Positions 57,004-64,000 of a DNA stretch of 64,000 nucleotides are shown here, one piece after another. A program made the translations under genes and the position numbers. Source of the stretch: an uncultured Phycisphaeraceae bacterium (lineage in GTDB: Bacteria > Planctomycetota > Phycisphaerae > Phycisphaerales > UBA1924); the NCBI GenBank assembly GCA_964409775.1, contig CAYPEI010000009.1, positions 20,853 to 84,852 of the forward strand, given 5' to 3'. Under the pieces are notes generated by a model. It was not told where the DNA came from. It ran no database searches and saw only the letters and a list, made by a program, of their open reading frames with translations. The first letter of the stretch is position 1; each line of letters opens with the position of its first letter.

Positions 57004-57077
57004 TGGGCGATACAGGGCTCGAACCTGTGACCTCATGCGTGTCATGCATGCGCGCTAGCCAACTGCGCCAATCGCCC
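57004..57077 (-). tRNA. tRNA-Val (anticodon GAC)
   Basis: Hand-folded 74-nt cloverleaf on the reverse complement. Acceptor GGGCGAT/ATCGCCC, D-stem GCGC/GCGC, anticodon stem CATGC/GCATG with loop ATGACAC, T-arm ACAGG-TTCGAGC-CCTGT. No CCA is encoded. Confidence 0.95.
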
Positions 57078-57196
57078 GGAATGTCGGCGAACGGGAGCGT
57101 CCGCCAGAAGCATCGGGCCGGCCTTTCGACCGGCCCGACAATGGTTTGAAGTATAGGCGGCTCTTCGGCTTGCGCCGAAAAACCGGTCAAGGTCGA

Positions 57197-57850
57197 TCAG
57201 TAGGTATCAACGATGACCACCTCGACGCGGCGAGAGGCGGGCTTGCTGCTCTTGGGCTGCGAGGCGCCCATGCCGACGGTGCTGACCGAACCGCGGGGCA
57301 CGCCCTTGGAGACGATGTAATCGCGGACGGCGTCGGCGCGGGCTTTGGAGAGCGCTTCGTTGCTGGGCCACTTGGACTTCTTGATCGGGTCGGTATCGGT
57401 GTGTCCCTCGATGCGGACTGTCGAGCCCGAGTGCTGGCGGATCTGGGAGACCACCCGGTCCAGATCCTTCTTGGCCGAGGCCTTGAGCGTGGCCTGGCCC
57501 GGATCAAAGAGGATGTCACCGGCGATGGGGATCACGGTCTCGCGGGTCTGGCCGCCACCAGTGCGTGGCTTGCCGCCACCGGACGGAGGCGCCCAGCCGC
57601 CGTCCCCGCCATCACCAGTGGGCCGTGCCTGGTTCGCGGCGACCTGCTGCTGGAGAGCCGCCTGGTTCGTCTCCATTTGGGCGACACGGTCGCGGAGGGC
57701 GGCGTTCTCCTGCATCAGCGCCGCATTCTCGTCCTTCATGGCGTTGTTGCATCCGCCGAGGAACATGCCCATGCCAACCGCGGCAAGTCCGGCAAACTTG
57801 GCCGCCCATCCGAGGCCGCGACGTGTTGTGGTCTGAACGCTGCTGGTCAT
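57197..57850 (-). CDS. OmpA-family lipoprotein (Pal/MotB-like peptidoglycan-binding domain) with a short coiled coil
   Basis: Lipobox GMGMFLGGC. The coiled coil is ENAALMQENAALRDRVAQME. The OmpA_C block is ILFDPGQATLK...RIEGHTDTDPI...SNEALSKARADAV...GMGASQP...RRVEVVI. Confidence 0.88.
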   Translation of the reverse strand: MTSSVQTTTRRGLGWAAKFAGLAAVGMGMFLGGCNNAMKDENAALMQENAALRDRVAQMETNQAALQQQVAANQARPTGDGGDGGWAPPSGGGKPRTGGGQTRETVIPIAGDILFDPGQATLKASAKKDLDRVVSQIRQHSGSTVRIEGHTDTDPIKKSKWPSNEALSKARADAVRDYIVSKGVPRGSVSTVGMGASQPKSSKPASRRVEVVIVDTY

Positions 57851-58059
57851 CGCTGGTGTCTCCGTTCTCTGCGATTTCGGGATGAATACTGGCTGTCTGA
57901 GTCGCTCCCGGCTCCGCCGGGATTTTGGCGCGCAAACAGTATTGAGATCGGTCAAAACGTCAACGTGTGTGCACACGCGTTGCCCCCGTTCCGGCGATCG
58001 GATGCGGAAGGCCCGCAGTATACCCGAATCCCGGGGAGACCGGCGGGCAGGTCTGAGAA

Positions 58060-58881
58060 TCAGAGTTTGCGGACTGCCCGGCGGAACGCGTCGGCAAGGA
58101 GCGACGCCCGCTTCGGGTCGACAGGGTTGTCCCATCGGCCCGACCGCTTGATCCACGATCCCACGATCAGGGCGTCTGCCGCTCCAATCAACCCGGGAAT
58201 TCGCTCGGGGCTGACCCCGGAGCCTACCAGGACCGGAAGGGAACATGCCCGGCGGACCTCGGTCACGTCCCGCGGGTCGGTCGGCTTGCCGGTGGCGGTG
58301 CCGCTGACGATGACGCCGTCGGCCCCAAAGAACTCGGCGGCTTCGGCGGCCTCCGCAAGCGAAAGGTCGGCGGTGATCGCGTGGGAAGCGTGCTTCTTCT
58401 TGACATCGCACAGCACGAGGACGCCTTCGGCGCCGATCTGACGACGGTAGCGAAGAAGCGGACCCGCTTCCGCGGTTGCGAGCAGCCCTTCGTCGGCCAC
58501 ATGGGCGAAGACAAAGTTCTCACATCGGATGAACTGGAGCCCCGCGGCCATCGCGATCGCGAGCGCCTCGCGGTTGCCACCTGACAGCACCTGGATTCCC
58601 AGCGGCATCTCCCCCACTGCCTGCCGCACCGCCGACGCCACGACCGCCATCGCGGCAACCGTTTCCGGACCGTGGCCCTGGTGCACATACGGCCGATCGT
58701 GCATGTTCTCGATGATCAGGGCGTCGAAGCCGGCTTTCCGCAGCAGCAGCGCTTCGGCCGCCGCTCGCTCCGCGAGTTCGCCGACGGGCAACCGGGCGGC
58801 CGGAGAGCCGGGCAATGCACCGACGTGGACCATGCCGATGAGGAGTTTTCGGCCGTTGAGGAGCGGGTGGGGCTTGGGCAT
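58060..58881 (-). CDS. BtpA/SgcQ family protein
   Basis: LIGMVHVGALPGSP...DALIIENMHDRPY...LGIQVL...IRCENFVFAH...GADGVIVSGTATG is the BtpA (TIGR00259) pattern. Confidence 0.85.
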   Translation of the reverse strand: MPKPHPLLNGRKLLIGMVHVGALPGSPAARLPVGELAERAAAEALLLRKAGFDALIIENMHDRPYVHQGHGPETVAAMAVVASAVRQAVGEMPLGIQVLSGGNREALAIAMAAGLQFIRCENFVFAHVADEGLLATAEAGPLLRYRRQIGAEGVLVLCDVKKKHASHAITADLSLAEAAEAAEFFGADGVIVSGTATGKPTDPRDVTEVRRACSLPVLVGSGVSPERIPGLIGAADALIVGSWIKRSGRWDNPVDPKRASLLADAFRRAVRKL

Positions 58882-58960
58882 GTGTTCTCGTTGAGCAGGC
58901 AGCGGGTATTCTGCTCGTATTGTTAGGGAGACCATCAGGGGACAGGCTGATTTTCTTTCC

Positions 58961-59680
58961 GTGGAGCCGCACCAGACTGCCGCCGGTTTTCAGACCACGA
59001 GCTGGACGCTCATCGACGGCGCACGCGTCGACCGAGCGGTGCTCGATCGGTTGCTGCGCCAGTATTGGAGCCCGGTGTACGCCGCGATTCGCCGGCAGGG
59101 ATTCGGAAGCCACGATGCCAGCGACCTGACTCAGGAGTTCATGGCGCAGGTGGTGATCGGGCGGGACCTGGTGGGGAAGGCCGACGCCGCGCGAGGGCGG
59201 TTTCGATCGTACCTGAAGCAATCGCTCAGGAATTTTCTGATCGACCGAAGCCGGGCGAGGAAGCGGCCGGAGGGTGACCGTCCGGCGCATTTCGCGGCGG
59301 GAGCGGAGGACGGCGGCGTGGCGGATCCGCCCTCGGGGGATGCGGGTCCTGACACATTCGATCGTGAGTGGGCGGCGGCGGTGGTGGAGGTGACTTTGCA
59401 GAGGCTGGAAGAGGCCTGCCGCGCAGACGCCATGGAGCCGCACTGGCACGCGTTCCGGCTGAACGTTGTTGGGCCGACGCTGAGGAAGACCAAGGCCCTC
59501 TCCATGGACGAACTGGCGAAGGTGATCGGGGCTGCGGATGCGACTCAGGCGAGCAACATGCTGCAGACGATCAAGCGGCGGTTCAAACGGTTGCTCCGCG
59601 AGGTGGTCAGCGAGACTGTGGCGAAGCCGGAAGACGTTGAGCCGGAACTGGCCATCCTTCGGACGAGCCTGCAGCGCTGA
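58961..59680 (+). CDS. ECF-like sigma-70 family protein (orphan; region 2.2 reads DASD)
   Basis: GTG start. It has the N-terminal TSWTLI motif seen in Planctomycete/Verrucomicrobial ECF-like sigmas, region 2 (HDASDLTQEFMAQV) and a region 4-like HTH (LSMDELAKVIGAADATQASNMLQTIKRRFKRLL). Confidence 0.7.
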   Translation: MEPHQTAAGFQTTSWTLIDGARVDRAVLDRLLRQYWSPVYAAIRRQGFGSHDASDLTQEFMAQVVIGRDLVGKADAARGRFRSYLKQSLRNFLIDRSRARKRPEGDRPAHFAAGAEDGGVADPPSGDAGPDTFDREWAAAVVEVTLQRLEEACRADAMEPHWHAFRLNVVGPTLRKTKALSMDELAKVIGAADATQASNMLQTIKRRFKRLLREVVSETVAKPEDVEPELAILRTSLQR

Positions 59681-59740
59681 GCATTATGGAGCGTCTTCAC
59701 GGCGAAACACCGGCTCCGGGCGGGATGGCTCCATTTCGCA

Positions 59741-60475
59741 TCACCGCCGCGACGGCGTGCCGAGCGTCTCTTTCATGACGATGTCGAGATCGGTGAGTGC
59801 CTTGGCGCAGTCGCCTGTGAACGAACTGCCGTGCATCGTCGCGAGAGTGCGGGGTTTCAACGCCGCGAGGCCATGCAGCAACGGACGCGTGTTGGGGGTG
59901 TAAGGCATGTAGTCCATGAGCGGCCCGGCCTGATACTCGATGATGGCTGAGCGAACACGACCGAGGATGTCCGACTCGGTCAACGGTTCGACATCGCCGG
60001 AGTGATGGAACAGGTCGGAGCAGAACAGCACCCTCTGGGTTTCCTCGAAGAGCACCCCCGCGTCCCAGCCATGCGGGAGGTGGGGTGTCGGGCGGTAGCG
60101 GAATCGCAGTTTGCCAGTGCAGAATGTCTCATCGGGGTTCAGCGCCCGCGGCGGGCGGTCGGCAAAGTCGGTCAGGTTGACGAGCGAACCCACCACACCC
60201 GAGACCGCCTGCGCGCGGGGTGCGACCTTGAGCCAGTCGTTGAGCGAGCCGCACTCGTCGACCTCGAAGTGGCTGAAGCCGATCCAGCGGAGCGAGGATG
60301 GGTCGATGACGCGGCGGACGGCTTCCAGAACCTCGGGGAACATGCGGCGCATGCCCGTGTGGTAGAGCAGCGGCTCCTCGTCAACGACCAGAAAGTGATT
60401 GAACTGCAGGTTGATCTGCGGCCACAGAATCGAGATGCGGTGGACGTTGGGAGCGATCTCGGTGATGAGCGCCAT
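59741..60475 (-). CDS. Metallo-beta-lactamase-fold protein (flavodiiron/ODP-like HxExDx motif)
   Basis: [14 protein letters not shown]...[16 protein letters not shown] parallels the H-x-E-x-D-H metal motif of MBL-fold diiron proteins, with the last His replaced by Glu. The start is taken at MALITE (ATG 60475). Confidence 0.6.
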   Translation of the reverse strand: MALITEIAPNVHRISILWPQINLQFNHFLVVDEEPLLYHTGMRRMFPEVLEAVRRVIDPSSLRWIGFSHFEVDECGSLNDWLKVAPRAQAVSGVVGSLVNLTDFADRPPRALNPDETFCTGKLRFRYRPTPHLPHGWDAGVLFEETQRVLFCSDLFHHSGDVEPLTESDILGRVRSAIIEYQAGPLMDYMPYTPNTRPLLHGLAALKPRTLATMHGSSFTGDCAKALTDLDIVMKETLGTPSRR

Positions 60476-60578
60476 GGCGTTTCCTTCGGACAGGGGACTC
60501 CCGTCTTGAATCTGCCGAACGCGGAACTCGTGCGAGCATACTCCATGAGGCTCTGCCGCGATACACGGCGGGCGGGCA

Positions 60579-61139
60579 CTATCGGGGCCACAGCCAGGCG
60601 AAGATGGCACCGATGATCACGCCGTAGATGATCCCGTCGAAGACATTGGCGACGATGGTGCGCTTGTAGGAACCCCACCAGATAGCGCCCGAGAGGAACG
60701 AGAAGCAGTATGCGAGGATTCCCGCCGCGGTGACGAACTGGAAGACTCTCGCGAACGCCGCGGGGCCGGGGATGGCGATGCGTGCCAGGTAGGCGATGAG
60801 GGCGCTGACGACGAGGTGGACGATGAACGTGGCGGCCAACTTGTCGCCCATGGTGAGGGGCGTTTTCCAGACGATGAGGTGCCCGACCGGGCCCTGGTTC
60901 AGCCGCTTCTGGACCTGTTCAGAGTTCATCGCCTCGCGGCTGCGAAAGTCGGGGAACAGGTAGTTGCCGGGTTTGATGCCGCGCCGGTGGAGATCCTCCA
61001 GGAACGCTTCTTCGTCGGGAAGGCCGATGAAATCGTTCTTGTGGTGGAGGAATGGCATTCCGAAGACGGTTGAGACGACCCAGACAGCCGCGGCCGAGAG
61101 GAGGACGGGGAGCCAGAGAGGCAGAAGCGAGTCCAGCAT
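60579..61139 (-). CDS. Hypothetical membrane protein (4 TM helices)
   Basis: An ORF with clear TM helices and coding-like third-position GC. I do not recognise a family. Confidence 0.6.
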   Translation of the reverse strand: MLDSLLPLWLPVLLSAAAVWVVSTVFGMPFLHHKNDFIGLPDEEAFLEDLHRRGIKPGNYLFPDFRSREAMNSEQVQKRLNQGPVGHLIVWKTPLTMGDKLAATFIVHLVVSALIAYLARIAIPGPAAFARVFQFVTAAGILAYCFSFLSGAIWWGSYKRTIVANVFDGIIYGVIIGAIFAWLWPR

Positions 61140-61322
61140 CCGATGGTTCCTTTCGAGTTGCGGGGTGTTTTGCCTACGCACACCTTTCGGTGCAAGAACG
61201 CAACCGGACGTGCGCGGCGCCGTTGGGAGCGGACGGACTGAGCCGCGCAACACTCACGCTTTGGCCCGTCACCAGGACGGCCACGACCGACTCACGACTT
61301 TCGCGGCATGGATGATGCCGGA

Positions 61323-61874
61323 TCACTTCCTGGGCTTGGCGGGGCTGGGCACATGCTGGTCGATTAAGATCGGGTTGCCATCGGGATCGGTGAGCATGAG
61401 GTACGCCGGGCCGGTGGTGGATTCATCCGCGGCGGGGTTGGGGGTCAGGCCGCGGGCCTTGAGCGTCTTCTGCAACTCGCGGATGTCCTCGAAGTCCGGC
61501 AGGGTGGCCTTGCTGCTGTCCCAGCCGGGGTTGAACGTCAGCGTGTTGCGGGGGAACATGCCCTGGAAAAGTCCGATCTTGGTGTTCTCGTTCTGGAGGA
61601 CGACCCAGTTCTTGGACTGGTCACCGGAGACCATCTTGAAGCCGAGTTTTTCGTAGAACGCACGGGACGCGGCGATGTCCTTGACGGCGAGACTGACCGA
61701 GAAGTTTCCGAGCCTCATGGCGGGGTCTCCGACAACGGGGGCGGTTGCGGGCGTCGAGGCATCCGCGGCGTGCTGCGGGGATGTGGAGCCGCAGCCGGAG
61801 ATTGAGCCGACCGATAGAACCCCAGCCGCGAAGAGGATGCATCGTGTCATGGATCGCTCGAATAAGGGCTTCAT
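61323..61874 (-). CDS. VOC/glyoxalase-family lipoprotein
   Basis: Lipobox VGSISGC. LGNFSVSLAVKDIAASRAFYEKLGF... and AYLMLTDPDGNPILIDQ form the glyoxalase/bleomycin-resistance fold pattern. Confidence 0.8.
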   Translation of the reverse strand: MKPLFERSMTRCILFAAGVLSVGSISGCGSTSPQHAADASTPATAPVVGDPAMRLGNFSVSLAVKDIAASRAFYEKLGFKMVSGDQSKNWVVLQNENTKIGLFQGMFPRNTLTFNPGWDSSKATLPDFEDIRELQKTLKARGLTPNPAADESTTGPAYLMLTDPDGNPILIDQHVPSPAKPRK

Positions 61875-62003
61875 GCTCGTTGCAGTTCAGGGTGACAATA
61901 CACCTGTTGGATGGTTCCGGGTGGGCGCCCACGATGGGGAAGCCGGGATCCGGAGGTTGGCGGCCAGCGAGGATTCCGGCTTCAGAGGAATCACCGGCGG
62001 GCC

Positions 62004-62600
62004 TCAGCGGTTTGCCTTCTTCCTGGCGGTCTTCTTCGCGACCTTCTTGGCCGCTCTCTTCGCGGGCTGCTTTGCGGCCTTTTCCGCTTTCAACTTCTTC
62101 CCATCCGGCCCGCGCCCTGTGCTGGCCAGCGCCTTGATGTAGTTCTCAAGGTACATCCTGGCCGGCATCCGGCGGACCGCCTCGCCGATCACGTCCAGCG
62201 CGGCACCTTCCAGTGTCTTGAACCGGATGCAGCACCCGCCCATGTCGAGTTTCTTGCCCGTGGCTTTCCACGCCTTTTCGAACCACGCGCGCTCGGACTC
62301 GTTCCCCACCCCGCCGTTCGTCCCCGCCTGTCCCCCATACACGCTCATCAGGTAGACCGTCATGTTGTTCTTCTGGCTCGCCAGGGCGCACATCAGGAGC
62401 GGCTTATTGGGGTCGCAGTGGTACCCCAGCGGCCAGACGCGGTGGGGCACGGCGTAGCCGATCATCCCCCACATCATGCCTTCTTCGTAGTCCTTGTCGA
62501 GGTTCTTGAGGATCACCTTCCGCACCGCCTCGATTCCTGCGCGACGATCCGCGGGCAGGGAGGCGAGATACTCCTTGACGGTGGTGGCGTTGCTCTTCAT
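62004..62600 (-). CDS. DUF1801 (YdhG-like) protein with a Lys/Ala-rich histone-H1-like tail
   Basis: TVKEYLASLPADRRAGIEAVRKVILKN...MIGYAVP is the DUF1801 pattern. The C-terminus is KKLKAEKAAKQPAKRAAKKVAKKTARKKANR. Confidence 0.75.
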   Translation of the reverse strand: MKSNATTVKEYLASLPADRRAGIEAVRKVILKNLDKDYEEGMMWGMIGYAVPHRVWPLGYHCDPNKPLLMCALASQKNNMTVYLMSVYGGQAGTNGGVGNESERAWFEKAWKATGKKLDMGGCCIRFKTLEGAALDVIGEAVRRMPARMYLENYIKALASTGRGPDGKKLKAEKAAKQPAKRAAKKVAKKTARKKANR

Positions 62601-62781
62601 GTTGGACGCAGTGTATCGCGACAGGAAATCCCTCGCGTCATCGACAACTGGCCTCCCTGGCGCGGTGAAGGATCGCGAGCGTTGAGGGCGTACCGTGCGA
62701 GGCAGGATCACCGTGCGACAATCGCCTGGTGCGCATGGGCACCACGCAACGCCAATCATCCGCAACTTCTCTCAGTCGCCA

Positions 62782-64000
62782 TCACGTCACGGGCTGGGGG
62801 GTCCCGGGCTTCCCGTTCATCCGCTTCAGCGTCTGAAGCAGAAAGTCCATGTCGGTGAAGGGATCGCCGCCGGTGCGTTTCCAATGCACGCGTCCCCTGG
62901 CGTCAATGAGAATCGTTGAGTGCAACTCCATCTCCTCGAAGTCATCGTACGACGTGAAGCGGCGGGCGTTGGTGTGATCGCGATCGGAGAGAAGTCGCAT
63001 CGACAGGTTTCCCAGCCTCTCCGAGGCCTTGTTTCCCTCAGAGGATGTGCTGCTGACCGCGAGAACAACGGCGTTCTCGGTCTCCCAATCGGCCGCGCGG
63101 CCGTTGATCGCCACCAGTTGCTCTACGCAGTGCGGGCATTGATCGCCGAGGTAGAACACGAGGATGACGTTCTTGCCTCGGAAGTCCTCCAGGCGGGCGG
63201 CCTTGCCGTCGGTATCCAGGCAATCCAGTTGCGGCGCGGCGAAGGGCTCCCAGTTCAGCGGGCCGATTTTCGCTTGCGCGTCGATCGAGTATGTCCGCTC
63301 CGGCGCAGGGGTCTGGGCGAGGGGCTTTGCGTTGAGTCCCAACGCGTCGACTTCCGACTTCCACCTCAACCCGGAGTCGCAGTTCGACCACACGTATGCG
63401 AATCGACCCGCGCATTCGGTTGCCTTCTCGCGGTTGCCGGACTTGAAGTATGCCTGCGCGAGGCCCGCGAGGGAGAATGCGTCGTTGCGTTCCTGCGCGA
63501 GCGCCCGCTCGTACGCCTGGATCGCCAGCCGATGCTCTCCGGCGCGGAGATAGACGTCTCCGAGGAGGCGATAGACCGGCCAGGCCGCGTCGGGCGGGTC
63601 ATTGGCGTACTGATTGGCATCGCGTCTTTTCGTCTCGATGGCCGCGGCCTGGGTGAGGAAGCGGGTCGCGTCGAGCAGGTTGCCTTCGGCGGCACACAAC
63701 AGCCCCTCGGCGGCGTTGATCTCGATCGCGAAGGGATCATCTCCGGTCGGGAACATGCTCCCGCTGCCGCCCTTGCTCTCGGCCGTCTGCGCGTGCAGTA
63801 TCTCCTTTGCTTCGGCGAGGCGACTCCGGGCATCGACGGTCTTTCCCTGCCCGGTGTAGGCGAGCGTTTCCACAAAGGCACGCGGCAGTTTGTCATCATC
63901 GCCGTCGCGCCACTGGATCGTGCCGGGCGTGAGGATGTCGTCCCACCGCTCAAACTTGATCAGCGCGCGGATCTGCGCGACCATGCCCTGATCGGAGGCG
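62782..64000 (-). CDS. TPR-repeat protein with a C-terminal thioredoxin-fold (AhpC/TSA-like, CPHC) domain; the N-terminus probably lies outside the window
   Basis: TPR-like helices (YRLLGDVYLRAGEHRLAIQAYERALAQERNDAFSLAGLAQAYFKSGN). The thioredoxin-fold block is GKNVILVFYLGDQCPHCVEQL. The frame stays open to nt 64000, and an internal ATG lies at 63984. Confidence 0.8.
   Translation of the reverse strand, partial: ASDQGMVAQIRALIKFERWDDILTPGTIQWRDGDDDKLPRAFVETLAYTGQGKTVDARSRLAEAKEILHAQTAESKGGSGSMFPTGDDPFAIEINAAEGLLCAAEGNLLDATRFLTQAAAIETKRRDANQYANDPPDAAWPVYRLLGDVYLRAGEHRLAIQAYERALAQERNDAFSLAGLAQAYFKSGNREKATECAGRFAYVWSNCDSGLRWKSEVDALGLNAKPLAQTPAPERTYSIDAQAKIGPLNWEPFAAPQLDCLDTDGKAARLEDFRGKNVILVFYLGDQCPHCVEQLVAINGRAADWETENAVVLAVSSTSSEGNKASERLGNLSMRLLSDRDHTNARRFTSYDDFEEMELHSTILIDARGRVHWKRTGGDPFTDMDFLLQTLKRMNGKPGTPQPVT

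Noticed and set aside
57113-57180. Hairpins (tcgggccgg/ccggcccga and ttcggc/gccgaa) between the OmpA-family gene and tRNA-Val as terminators.
   Set aside because: Neither is followed by a T-tract in the direction of transcription (minus strand). The structures may still exist, but they are not canonical intrinsic terminators.

Overview
This is a high-GC, densely coding stretch of chromosome with about 58 protein genes, 2 tRNAs and 1 frameshifted gene. I found no rRNA, CRISPR array, transposase, integrase or phage genes. The gene content suggests a Planctomycetota (Phycisphaerae-like) genome, which is inference only. The pointers are PSCyt1-type CxxCH domains, prepilin-like N-termini, ECF sigma/Ser-Thr kinase pairing, dockerin-like tails and Gly-rich RRM proteins. 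Most of the window is housekeeping: metH (3' part), proS, hutH-hutU, lysC, truD, mreBCD, polA, crcB, ggt, tRNA-Pro(CGG) and tRNA-Val(GAC). It also holds a small polysaccharide-biosynthesis cluster, transporters (MATE, CPA2, MgtC, split YeeE/YedE) and three ECF-type sigma factors. I did not find a clear new multi-gene system such as a defence island. The loci most worth follow-up are listed here. (1) A tail-to-tail paralogous pair of exported single-CxxCH proteins with an N-terminal domain I cannot place. (2) A B12-binding domain fused to a MeaB-like GTPase with no mutase catalytic subunit nearby. (3) An ECF sigma lacking the acidic DAED motif, directly upstream of a membrane Ser/Thr kinase. 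(4) A trypsin-like lipoprotein gene overlapping an ECF sigma that carries a fused Cys-rich C-terminal domain. (5) A ParE/Phd toxin-antitoxin pair with an operator-like palindrome wedged in front of polA. (6) Several very small ORFs and one frameshifted SpoIIE phosphatase. All family assignments come from motif recognition by eye, and no database search was run. Many long ORFs in the supplied track are antisense or alternate-frame artefacts of the high GC content and were not called.
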